This document shows positions 43,728 through 55,703 of a stretch of DNA of 64,000 nucleotides, piece by piece (within the stretch, counting starts at the first letter, position 1; every line of letters starts with the position of its first letter). This DNA comes from Guillardia theta CCMP2712 (Eukaryota; Protista; Cryptophyta), in contig NW_005434625.1 of assembly GCF_000315625.1 (NCBI RefSeq), forward strand, positions 451,726 to 515,725. Direction: 5' to 3'. The notes under the pieces are model-generated. The model saw only the letters and a program-made list of their open reading frames with translations. It ran no database searches and had not been told where the DNA came from. The position numbers and the translations under genes were made by a program.

Positions 43728-44990
43728 ATGGCGGGGCTGCTCCTGCTGTGCATGGCACCGGCATGCTGGAGCTTCCTGCTCCCTCCTCCCGCCTTGATGT
43801 CTGCAAAAGTTGGACGTCGTCTCGCAGAGTTTCGACAGCCATTGCTGGTGCGACCAGCGGTGGCAAGGAGTGAAGCCGGTGCGATGGTGAGCGAAGTACT
43901 GCAGCTGATCAATGGGACGGACCGTGGAGCAGACGCAGAGGCCCTTCCCCTGCCGAAGCGAAGATCTCTTTATGAGAAACTGGATTTCCTCGAAAGGAAC
44001 TCTAGAAATGAAGACTACGTCAAGACGGACCTTGCTTTGGGAAACTACGAAGTAGGATTCGTGGGGGAGAAACGAGCTACAAATGAAGTGAATCAGACGG
44101 TGTCAAGTCAAGCAGGGGGGTACTGGAGGGGGAAACTGGGAAGATCTATCTTTGAGACGACTGGTTTGTATCAGAACCTCGTGAGAATGCCAAGGGATGA
44201 AATCCCTCGTTACGTTCAGAATGGGCTGAAGCAGTCGGTGACAAGGAAGCAAAATGAGCGCAATCCTAACATAAACAGCGGCATAGGAATACGGGCCAGC
44301 TCCGATATGCAAGACACTGAGATCGTTGCTGTCAACCTCGTCTGTGCCAAATTTCTACAAATCCTTTCAATCTCAGTGGTGTTGGTGGGTATTGTGACAG
44401 AGCTGAACGAGGAGCAGCGTGTTGCGATTAGGAAGAGAGCGGTTGAGACAGGGCGAGCTCAGAGACTGGGGAGTGACTGGCAAGGAGAAGACGACCATCC
44501 TCAACCAACGCAGAACACAGTCCGCGTCGACTTCTCCTCTCCCCTCATCGCGTTTGGCCCTGCCCCACTGCAAAGGTTTCTCAAGCTGAGCGTCGGGCCT
44601 TCGACTGATGTCTTCCTCGACACGACATACGTTGACGACAAGATTCGTCTGGGGAGAGGAGCAACTAGCGGGAGTCGATTCGTCTTCCAGCGAGTAGGGG
44701 ACGAATCAAGTCAAGCAACTCTATGGCGGTCCCTAGTGGCTGCCCCGGCTCCTGTCCCAGGCAAGAAGATCGGTCTTGCCATCTTCGTCGTCGTAGCTGC
44801 AAAGCTTCTGGCAACCATCGCGATGCTCTTCATGCAGGCAGCGCCTGCCACCGCGCTCATGAGTGTTCTTACCTACCTCGCCATCCCCCTCAAGATCTCT
44901 GCATGGCTCAAGGTGGGGGTCTTGTGCCTGCTCGCCTTCCTTTTCAACCAATCAGGAGGAGTTGTGGAGGGAGAGGAAACGAGTAGCTAG
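43728..44990 (+). CDS. plastid lipid-associated protein (PAP/fibrillin-like) with bipartite presequence and C-terminal TM helices
   Basis: Signal peptide MAGLLLLCMAPACWS-F; LYEKLDFLERN; C-terminal FLDTTYVDDKIRLGRG..GSRFVFQR. Confidence 0.7.
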   Translation: MAGLLLLCMAPACWSFLLPPPALMSAKVGRRLAEFRQPLLVRPAVARSEAGAMVSEVLQLINGTDRGADAEALPLPKRRSLYEKLDFLERNSRNEDYVKTDLALGNYEVGFVGEKRATNEVNQTVSSQAGGYWRGKLGRSIFETTGLYQNLVRMPRDEIPRYVQNGLKQSVTRKQNERNPNINSGIGIRASSDMQDTEIVAVNLVCAKFLQILSISVVLVGIVTELNEEQRVAIRKRAVETGRAQRLGSDWQGEDDHPQPTQNTVRVDFSSPLIAFGPAPLQRFLKLSVGPSTDVFLDTTYVDDKIRLGRGATSGSRFVFQRVGDESSQATLWRSLVAAPAPVPGKKIGLAIFVVVAAKLLATIAMLFMQAAPATALMSVLTYLAIPLKISAWLKVGVLCLLAFLFNQSGGVVEGEETSS

Positions 44991-45645
44991 ACGCTACCAA
45001 CCGTCCTTCTTCCTTCTCCCGCCTACCCTCTCCTCGCCCGACCCATGCTCCCCTCCGTCATTGCACTTGGGACACAATTTTTCTGCTATATCTGGGTGGG
45101 ATTTTATTGAAATTGATTTTGCCATGCTCTTCAAGTTTATTGATACCAATAAATATTTTGAAGCTTATATTCCGGATTCTTCCCCTTTTATTGTTGATTC
45201 GCCCAACGGAAATCACTTGCGGTTGAACAGGAGGGGTAGTGAAACAGGAGGGGGCGAGCGAGGAGGGAGAGGAGACGAGCAGCAAGTCAGGCCTAGCAAG
45301 AGCCTTGGAGTCAGAGCACAAGAACAGAGTCAAGGCATCCTGCTCGCAGTTAGGACTGCCGGACAGCCTAGAGGGTAGAGCAGAGTGACTTGTCTGGCTT
45401 CGAGCTGGCGGGGGGAAAGTCGGAGCAGGCACGGCGGCGAGCATGCATTCTAGGTGGAGACTGGGCACTGCGAGGAGCGGCGGGTGAGGATCTACCAGCA
45501 ACCTTGGGTCGAAGAGCTCTGCCTTGCAGCATGAGTGTGGTGGTCCGATAGAAGCACGCAGGGGTGGAGTCCGAAGAGACGGGAACGGGAGGGTGCATCG
45601 GGTGTGTTGTAGGAGACGACTTTTGATTGACGGGCAAGGGGCAAG

Positions 45646-48600
45646 ATGCCGCCGAGAGCGAACACGAAGACGCCGCTCGACAAGCGACTGTCTGCCAACG
45701 CTGGCAAGGAGGAGATGTCGAACTGGAACATAGCCGAGCTGAAGCAGAATCTGCAGGTCTGACCTTTTACGACGTTATGGCTGGTTGCGCTGACATGTCC
45801 TCTGATCTTGTCTTGGACTCACAGGAGGACAGTGCCATCCTCGAACAGACCCTCCGAGAGGCGAACAGGCTGCTGGGCGACTCAACAGGGTCGCCGCTGA
45901 TCGACGTCGGGGGGATAGTGAACAAGTAACTCTCTTGTGATCTATTGGCTGGCTCGACTGATGGATGTCGCCATCGCCAGGGATGTTGCGGCAAGGAAGC
46001 TGAGGAACGCTTCTGACTGGGGTGACGATCATGCTCACCATAGAGAAGATTTCAGCTCCGGTGAGCTCAACTGAGGAAGAGAGGTTCTCGCGTGCTGAGC
46101 AGGGACGAAAATCTGCAGGTACCTTCATGACTGAGCTGGACACCAGCTCGGTAGCAAGCGCCCCAACGGTCGTGGGCGGTGCCAAGGTGACGATGTCGGA
46201 GGAGCTCGCGCTGAGACTCTCGGTACTCCCTCCCCCTGCTGAGCTGGGAGGTGTGAGGAATGTTGGCAGGTGCTGGAGCAGGCGATAGGGAAGGAGGCAG
46301 TGAAGGTGCTGCAGAGCTGTGTGCAGTCGGACCTGGACCAGGTAGCGAAGACGGTGAAGCAGCAGAGCTCGAGCAAGGATGGGGGGCGGCAGACGTCGGA
46401 AGTGAGCGAGACGATCGCGGAACTGGAAGGCAGGATCGTGGAGGAAGAGGCCTTGAAGCTGTCAGCCCTAGAGCAAGTGAACGCGCTCAAGGAGAACCTG
46501 AGGATGCAGAACACGAGGGTGCTGGAGCTACAGGACAAGCTCGCGCTGCTCGACTCGACGAGCCAGGAGGGGGGGGAACTGCTCAAGAAGAAGGAGACGG
46601 AGATCAAGAGTCTTAAAGAGGAGCTGCTGGCCGTGCAGGTGAGAGGGAGGAGGAGGGGAAGGAGGAGGAGGAGAGGCTGTTTCTGTTTGCTGAGAAATGT
46701 TGCACAGCACAAGACAAGGATGGAAGAGAACGAGAGGTTGAAGCTGGTTGACAGGTGACTCGCTGCAGTGAGGGGGGGCGGGAGCTCAGACGTGCGCGTC
46801 CTGTGCAGGCTGAGGAAGAAGGACGTGGAGATGGCAAAGACGAAGGAGTCGATGGACAAGATGACGATGCAGCTGCAGAGGTTGGCGGAGGAGAGGGACA
46901 GCATGCATGCCCAGTTCGACGAGCTGCAGAGGCGCTACCAGGACGCGCAGCTCCGTTGCTCGAACCTTCAGCAGGACCTCGACAAGCATCAGAGCGCAGA
47001 GAGAGTGCTCAAGAGGAATTTACAGCTCCAGGTGCTTGCTCCCTTCCCTCCTCCCCTCTTCCTCCCTCTTCTCCCTCGCTCCCCTCTTCCCTTCTCCCTG
47101 CTCCCATCCAGTCCTGCTCCACTCTCCTTTCGTTACTTCACTCCGCTTCCCTTTCCTGTTCAGTTCCTTTATCTACGTCAACCCCCCATTCTTAGCGTGT
47201 GCCCTTGCCCACTGTCCAAAATTGTCGCTCCTCCGATTGGCAGCTGACTTGCCCTCCCTTCCTCTCCTTGGCCTTCAGATGCCTGAGGAGGTGAAGAGAG
47301 TCGTCAAGAGGGTCGAGGAGCTGGACAAGCAGAACAGGGAGCTGCAGGAGAAGCTGAAGCAGAGCAAGGACCACGAGAACCATGCGGACATGCTGCGGAA
47401 GAACAGGATCGAGATCACCGAGTTGAGAGTGTCCAACAAGACTCTGTCCGCCAAGGTTGATGAGCTGAAGAAGGAGAAGGAGCTGCTGGAGAAGAAGTCG
47501 GAGAGCGAGCGGAGGCTGCTGGAAAACAGGACCCGCAACTTGTTCGACCTCAATGTCAAGAGCACGCAGAAGCTGCAGGGAGAGCTGGACCTGAGGATAG
47601 CGGAGAGGCTGCATAACCGATCGGCCGACAATGAGGTGGAGGAGGGCAGAGGGAAGGGGGGACAGAGGGGGTGGTGGGATAGATGAGAGGAAGAGGGAAG
47701 CAGAGAGGATGGGGTTGGCATGGAGAGCGTGGTGGTTTCCGGGCGGGGGAGGAAAGAGCAGGAGGACGTAGGAAGAGCGGGAGGAGCTGAATGAACGAGC
47801 AGGTCGCGTCGTTGAGGAGGAGAAACCTGGAGTTGCTGGGGCAGATCAACGCCCTTGACGAGCAGAAGATGGCGGCTGAGAACAAGCTCAGGGATGCAGA
47901 GAGGAAGAGCAGGGTAAGAGAGGGATCGAGGAAGAGGAGAGGATGAGGACGGTGGGACTGAGGCCGGAGGGCGGGGAGGGGAGGAGGAAGGGAATCTTTC
48001 CCAGCTAAGAGACACTCCTTGATGTGCAGGAACTCAAGGACAAGCTCGAGCTGTACGCCACGATCCACCGGATCGACTTGGGGAAGTTGCAGTTCTCCTC
48101 TGATCTCAACACTGAGGAGGAGCTTTCTGCGTTCCTCGGCGACTCCTCCGCGTCCTCCCAGGGCAGGAAGAAGAAGATCCGCACGCAGAGCAGGAGCGTC
48201 ACGCCCGGCCTGTTTTCTCGCCCTCCTCCCTCCGCCGAAGACCAGAAGCGCTCTCAGAGCGCACAGCCGGGAGGAGGAAACTGGAGCGGAGCCGCGGCTG
48301 AGATGTCGACGACAACTGGGGAGCAAGTGTGTGCAAGAAATCACACCTTCCCTCCTCTACCACCACCTCCACCTCCTCATCAACCTCCTCCTCCTCCTTT
48401 CTTTCTCCTCTTCCTCCTCTTCGTTCGGTGACTTGCAGGAGCAGGTGAGGGCTTCGGCGAGGATGGAGGCGGAGGAGGAGAGCTTGGAGGGGCTGAAGGC
48501 GAAGGTGGCACAGCTGCAGGCGAAGCTGACGGGAGAGGAGAAGACGAAGACGAACGCGCAGGAGAAGGTCATTGCGCTAGCTGAGCAGCTGGTGGAGAAG

Positions 48601-49892
48601 GATCGGCAGATCACTGCTTTACAGGTCTCCTCCTCCTCCTCCTCCTCCTCCTCCTCCCTCCGCCTTCTCCTCCTCTTCCCCCCATCTCCTCCGCCTTCCC
48701 TGCCTCCTCCTCCTCCTATCTCCTCCGTTCCCTCCTTCTTCTCTGCCCTTCCCTCCCTCCCTCCCTCTCCTCCCCTTCGGTCTCCTCCTGCAGTTGACTG
48801 AGAAAGTGGCAGAGCTCGCTTGATGCTGAGAAGGAGACAAAGAAAAAGAAGAAGAAGAGCGAGAGGCTGAGAGACCTTGAGGGGCAGGTGAGGAGGGGGA
48901 GGGAGGCGGCGAAGAGAAGGGAGGAGCAAGGGGAGGAGGGAGAAGAGGAGGGGGAGGAGGGAGGAGGAAGTGAAGAACGGGGGAAGAGGAGGAGGAGGAA
49001 GTGGAGGAGGGGAGAAGAGGAGGGGGAGGAGAGAGGAGCGCTGAAGAGAGGATGTCAGGTTCTGTCCCTCATTACTAAGGTGAGGGAGACGGAGATGGAT
49101 AAGGACCAGGTGGAGATCAAACTCAACGAGAAGGAGGAAGAGACCAAGGTCAAGGCCCGTAAGATCGGCGAGCTGATCTTCAAAGTCAGCCAGCTGGAGG
49201 AGGAGAAAGCGAGGATCATTGAAGAGCTCGCGGAAGTCCGTATACAGGCAAGCCCCTTCGTCTTGCCTTCTCCCTCCTCTTTCTCCTCCCTCTTCCTTCT
49301 CCTCCCTCCTCCTTCTCCCTCATTCATCACAACTTGTACTCCCTTGTGCTGCTCCGCCCACTGCTACCTCCCTCCTCCCTCCTCTGTCCGTTCCCCTCCC
49401 TCCTGCTCTTTCCCTCATCCGCATCATCTGACCCGAGCGTAGGCTGCACGACAAACGAAACCTGAGGCGGACCCCAAGAGCTCGACGATGCCGCCCCGGG
49501 TCATACGGGAGGAGAGCCTGGGGGCGGGGAGAATGAAGATAAGCTCTTCGTTGAACCGACCGCTCAAGGAGGAAACCTTCTCCGCCACCATGGACAGGGA
49601 TAGGAGCGAAGATATCAAGACATGAGCTACTGTACATTACCACAACAACCGACTCGCACTACCTCTGCCCTCCTCCTTGCCCCTCCTCCTCCCTTGCCCA
49701 CTCCTGCCAGCCTCCTCCTGCTCCTCCTGCTCTTCCTTCATCTCATCCGTTCCTCGGCGTCGGCTCTCGAGTGTCCTCCCATGCGATGCTTCCTCCACTC
49801 ACTCTCCTGCCCTCGTCCAAGGCCCCGAAGCTGACGCGAGGGACCAGGAGGTTCCTGCCGGCGAGCGGAGAGGAGCGATGAAGGGAAAGTGA
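45646..49892 (+). CDS. multi-exon long coiled-coil protein (ends approximate)
   Basis: Successive E/K/L/Q-rich heptad exons separated by CT- or GA-rich GT-AG introns. Confidence 0.55.
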
Positions 49893-52800
49893 GGGAGAAA
49901 GCTCGCGGGAGAAGAGGACCCGGACCCTGTTGGAGGTGTCGGAGGTGAGGACGAAGATCCGCCAGAGAGCGAAGCCGAGCTCGAGGAGGAGGCGGTGGAA
50001 CATGCCCCCTGCAGGCACGAGTGAGGGAAGGGGGAGAAGAGGAGGGAGGGAGGAACGCGAGGGAGAGGAGGGAGGGAGGAAGAGGAGGGAGGGAGGAACG
50101 CGAGGGAGAGGAGGGAGGGAGGAAGAGAAGGGAGGGAGGAACGCGAGGAAGAGGAGGGAGGGAGGAACGCGAGGGGGGGAGGGAGGGAGGGAGGAAGAGG
50201 AGGGAGGGAGGAACGCGAGGGGAGGAGGGAGGGAGGGAGGGAGGAACGCGAGGGAGAGGAGGGAGGGAGGAAGAGGAGGGAGGAAGGTTGGCATGTTGGC
50301 GGGGGAGGGGGACAGGAAGAAGTAGAGAGGAGCAGAAGCATGCGAGTTACCCTGCCGAGAGAGGAAGGAGTCGATGCGGGAGCATGCGACTTCACGCATG
50401 AAGAAAGCTTTGGAGGAGGAGGAAGCTATCGGGAGGACGAGAGTGAAGAGTTCCTTGGAGAGGCTGCGGAGCTCGACCTCGAGTGCTTGAACCTCCTGCA
50501 CCACTGCCTCCTCCAGCTTCCCCCCTACACCACCTTCTCCTCCTCTCTCCCCTCCACAGACACCACCTGCTCCACCATGTTCTCCCTGCTCTGCTCGTCC
50601 TGCCCTGGCCAAAGACGACCTCCCACCTTCTGACGCCTCCTTCGCTTCCTCGGCCACTTCCGTCAGCCTCGAGCCCTTCTTGTCGCTCAGCATCGCCGTT
50701 CTCCTGTGTGCTGCGATCTCTTCCTCGATCGCGAGCTCCCATGCTGGCGATTTTGACTGCCTCGAGGCCCCGGGGGGAGGAGAAACTTCGTTGGCGATCC
50801 TCACCAGACGAGAGAGCCGCTGATCCTCTCCTCCTCGCGGCGTCGAGATGACCTGCTCCACCTCTGTGTCCCTCAGCCTCCCATCTTGAGCACCAGGAGG
50901 AGAAGGAGGAGGAGAAGGCATCGTAGCAGGAGGAGGAGGAGGAGGAGCGGGAGCAGGCAGCTCTTCAGTCGTCCTCGTCCTGCTGGGCACGGCTGGCTCA
51001 GAAGATAGCATCTTCTGCAGCTTCGAGCAGTCGCTCTCGAGCTCCAGGAGCTCCTTGTCCAACAGGACCTCGCCACCCCTCGCCTCCTCCGCCTGCCCCC
51101 GGGCTGACTGCGGGACCATGTCGTAGGAGAGGTCAAGAGGAGCCTCGCGGAGCAGGGAGAACCCCCGGTCAGGAGGGGACCAGACAGAGGCCACAGAGCG
51201 CATGCTGGAGTCCTGCAGGAACGAGCGGAAAGCGGTCCTCATCGTCTTCTCCCTGTCCGCGAAGTTGCCGCGGCAGAAGGACAGGAGCATCTGCGCCTGC
51301 CGGTGAACGCGGAGGAAGGAGATGTCCGCCCAGCGGGTGAAGGAGCCAATGAGGAGAGACTTGAGGATAGCGCGCTCCTGTCTCTTGCCTCCTCCTCCTC
51401 CTCCTCCTTCCCTGCTAGCCTCTGCCTCCTCTCCTCCTGCTCGGGAGAGCTTCCCCTGCTGTGCCCTCATGGACTTGATCCACTTGCCTGCCGTTGTGTT
51501 GCCGGACAGGATCGTGCTCTCTCCCTCCTCCTTCTCTCCCTCCCTGGCGCTCTTCTCCGGCAGCAGCTTGTGCTCAGCCCACCAAGTCTGCAGCCGGAGG
51601 AGAGCCTTGAGGTGGAAGAGGAGCTGGGAGGACCAGAGGAGGAAGCAGCGGGAGCAGAGGAGCCTTCGGTGAACTGAGGATGCGAACAGCAGCGACGAGG
51701 CCTTCCACGACGCCTCCTCCACCTGCTTCCTCCATGCACACAGTACGAGGTGCTGCGTGCTGATGTCTCTGCTGCTGGCTAGGAAGACTCTCCTCCTCCT
51801 CAGCTTCTTCATCACCGTCTTGTACCTCGTCCACCTCGCCATCCTAACTCGGAGGGAGCGGCGGGTACGAAACGAAGTATAAGATCTGAAGGTTCGTGAG
51901 AAGAGAAAACAAAAAGAGCATGGGGAGAGAAGGAGGGGGAAGGAAGCGAACTGAACTGATCGGGGGTCAAGAAAGCAGGAAGGCAGGAAAGAATGAGGGA
52001 AGGGGGAGGGGGAAGGAGGGAGGAGGGAGGAGGGAGGAGGGAGGATTGGTTGAAAGCATACAAAGAGGAAGAGCGAAGCGTCTACCTCGCCGACTTGCTC
52101 TTTGTCACCCAGGCGCTCCATGCAAGCACATGCTCTGCTGCCATGGCTCGCAGATTTCTCGCCAGCATCTTGGAAGCCGCACGGGAGATCATAGACAGTT
52201 CAAACCACCTGCGGACAGTCTCCTGCCCAGTCCTCCTCCTCCTCGTCTCCTGCATCCTCGTCGCCTCCTCTTCCCACTCAGCGAGCATGAAGGACTGACG
52301 GGACCAGCGAGCCCAGCTCTGCAGGACGAGGAGGAGGAGGACGCCGTTCCTTCGGAAGGAGCGGGAGGAGAGGAGCCACAACTCATCCATCTGCCTCTGC
52401 GCCGCATGCAGCTGAGTGACGAAACTCCAGGAGCTCACGACGGCGGCCTGACAGCCTCGGACGTCAAAACTTCAAGAAGGAGGTCAAGGAAACGAGAAAG
52501 CAACCTTGGCTCTCGCAATCTTCTCCTCCTCTTCTCTCGTGACTCTCCCCCTGCTCCTCGCCATCACGTTGGCGACTTTCCTCCATCGGCCGAACACGAT
52601 CATGATCGCTTGCCCCGCCCGCACCTGCTCCGCCCTCCTCCCAACCTGCTCCACCACCATCATCCTCAGACAGATAGCTGCAAGCATGACCTGCTTCCTG
52701 CTGACAGTTGCCAGCCACTTGTCGAAGCAGAACTTGGACTTGTTGAGCTGCAACTTGGACAGCATCTCATTCTCAGTCCTCAATAGCCGATAATATAGGC

Positions 52801-54410
52801 GAGTCTGCACGCAAGTCTTGCGGTGATGGAGGATGGAGACTTGCTTGCTCAGCAGCATCCAGACCCACCGGAGGGGAGAGCTTGCCCGCGCCTCTTCCCA
52901 GCATCGCCAGCCGGTGAAGGCTCTCTGCAAGTCAACAGACGAGAAGACGGCCTGGCGCTCCTTGACGAGATCGACCGACGTCTGCCACCTGACGGCAACC
53001 GGCTGAGGGTGCGAGGGCGGAGAGAGCATGTTCACCTGGAGAAGTAGAGCCGGCAAGGCTTGCAGGTCAGCCTCATCTCAAGTCTTTCTGCAGAGAGCCG
53101 AAGGGAAGACTTGAAGTCTCTCCACGCAAAGAAGACGCGAGCCTGCTGGTAGACGTGAGGAGAGGAGAGCGAAGGGCGATTATCGTCTGCAACGACCTTG
53201 TGGATCTTGGACTGATGGTGTACCACGCTTCGTCCCTGCAGGGAATTTCTGCTGAGCATGTCTCGGAAGATTTCTTGAGATGCAGGAGTCAGGGTGTTGT
53301 TGTTGGCAGGATGAAGGAACAACCATCGTGTCTTGTTGAGAGGTAAGCGATGGAATCTGAGAGGGCTGAGATAAACACTGGTACTTGTTCTGATGGGGCT
53401 GTTGATTTGCCAGTCCTCGCAACCACCATTTGATTGAGACTGCAAGGACAGTGTTATAAGGTTTCATGTCAACTGACTGATCAAAGAAGTGGCATCACTA
53501 ACAAGCAAGTCATCATCATTCAATCACGAGCACTAGTATCATCGTTACCCTTTCTCATGATTCTCGGGGGTTGGACGAGTCAAAGAGTCTTCAACGGCAT
53601 GAACAGCATTGCAGACTTCATCCAAACTCCCCCCAATCGCGTCACAAAGGGCAGCAAACGAGGATTTGACGTGCTCAAAATCCCCAGCCCTGTCCATCGC
53701 TCCCTCCACCCTCTCCCCCTTGAATTCCTTCAAGTCAACAAGATCGAGCAGGAGAACGAGTGGAACAACCTGTATCAGGTGGCTCTTTCCTCGGAACGCG
53801 TCTACCCACAGCCTGAGGTCCGACATCATCTGCCGGCACGCCGACAGGGCAGTCTGATTCTTCTGAAAGAGCTCAAGCTCTCGATCTCTCGACTCTCTCA
53901 AGACTCGCTTCAACTTGGCCACATGCTGCAGGCTCTTGCCTCCTCCTCCCTCCTCCTCTTCCTTCCCTTCGCTCTCATCAGTTTCATGGCCTTCCTCCAC
54001 AATCGTCGGTAAAACTTCGCTGCTGCTCGCACGCACAGGCGGGGGGTCCTTCATCCGTTGTGCACTATCAAGCTCCCCCTTTCCCGCTGAAACCTCGATC
54101 GGAAAGTTTTTCTCAGTCTCCTTCAATGCAGTGAACATCTCATCGTTGGCCTGCGCAGGGCACTCATGAGCAAGTTTACATCCTAGCAATGCTGACACCT
54201 TCTCCAACTTCAGCATATAGGCGTGCATGGTTGTAAGCTTTCGTTGAGCCTCGTTGTTCTGCTCTTGCAGCTTCTCTGCCCTGGACTGAGCATCCATGAG
54301 ATCATTCCTGCACTTGTTCAGATCTGCCAACAGCTTGTTCTTGATCTTGGTTGTAGTAGCCAGATTCTTCTTACAATCCTCCAGCTGATCTAACGCGACC
54401 GACAGATACC
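49799..54410 (-). CDS. coiled-coil + SFI1-like Trp-repeat protein (putative centrin-binding; ends approximate)
   Basis: Recurrent F/L-x-x-W helical units (FTGWR, FDKWL, FGRWRK, LQSWAR, LAWSAW, LCAWRK, FTRWA) and an N-terminal coiled coil. Confidence 0.5.
50025..50290. repeat. GA-rich imperfect tandem repeat (GGGAGGGAGGAACGCGAG units) in an intron
   Basis: About 6 copies of ggaggaacgcga embedded in polypurine sequence. Confidence 0.75.
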
Positions 54411-54434
54411 TGTAACAAGCAGGTCATAGGATCG

Positions 54435-54488
54435 TCAGGACATATCCCATGTAGACATGTCATCAGGACATATCCCATGTAGACATGT
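54435..54488. repeat. 28-bp tandem duplication
   Basis: tcaggacatatcccatgtagacatgtc occurs twice. Confidence 0.9.
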
Positions 54489-55025
54489 CGTCTGACTTCC
54501 GACAGATCTGTTGTGCATGACAAACATCATGCACAAACGCAGCCATGCCAGGACCAAAATTTGAATCAATGGTGGGGTAACAGGATTGGTAGTCGACGTG
54601 AGGTCTGTTATGAACTCTGAATGTCTCTCTTGAGCATGCTTTATCTCTTCCTCTTCTTCTTCCTCCTCCTCCTCCTCCTCCATCCACATACACTCTCTCG
54701 TCCTCCCCGTTACCTCCGAAGCTCGTCATTCGCTTCTTTAGCAGCGTCCTTCCCCACCATGCCTGGAGGCCCCAATTTTGACATGCTGGTTTCAAGATTT
54801 GAATCAATTTTCAAATATGTTTATAAATATTTCAAATCTGAGAGCTTCAAAGTCTCAACACGCCATATCGTTCAAGTTGATTTTTCAGTTTTCTAACGGT
54901 TACATCTGACCGCTACCAGACTGGCTACCAAAGTCCGGGGGGCCGGGGGGCCGGGGGGCCGGGCCCATGTTTCGAGTCACTGAGTCAAGTTTACTGAGTT
55001 CGTCACGTGAGCTTACATGTTGTCT

Positions 55026-55633
55026 TTACTGTACATTGCTACTTGAGTCGGACTTAAGTCTCTTGGCTCCCTCAGCCTTGCTCGCTCCCTCTCCGTTGCT
55101 CAGGCTGCTCTTCCTTTTCGCTTGACGTCGACTCTTCCTCGTCTCCTGGTCGTTCCCTTCTTTCTCGCTATCGCTTCCCTCCTCCCGATCGCTCCCTTTC
55201 TCTGGACTGTCGTTACTGGCCATCTCTTCCTTGTCCTGCTTCACTTCTTGCTCTTGATTTTGATCGTACAGCTCCAACCCCTCAAGGATCTGCAGGAAAG
55301 GCGTCAAGAAATGCGAGGCTAGGGCAACCCATACCTCGTGCTCCTCCAAGTCTGCACACCCGAGCTCCTGGAATCGCACTCTCCACAGGGCCGCAGGCTT
55401 GGTGACGTCATCGTCGCTGAGGGATCAGGTCAGGTCCTACTGGCAGGTCTTGTCTGCTGTCTCACATGAAGAAGTTTGACTCGCTCGCCGGAAGCCATGC
55501 GATGACCTCTGCGTTGCACTCCATGGGGTTGTTGCCCTCGGAGTCCGTCACCGACCGGCGAATCATCTTCCCGATATAGCTGATGACCATCTCTGTCAGT
55601 GGAGGGAGGAGGAGGAGGAGGAGGAGGAGGAGG

Positions 55634-55703
<70 letters not shown>

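Noticed and set aside
49799-49892. Possible overlap of the 3' coding ends of two convergent genes
   Set aside because: Terminal exons of both genes are too uncertain without transcripts.
49743-52121. 792-aa ORF as a single-exon protein
   Set aside because: It reads through low-complexity introns; only parts are likely exonic.
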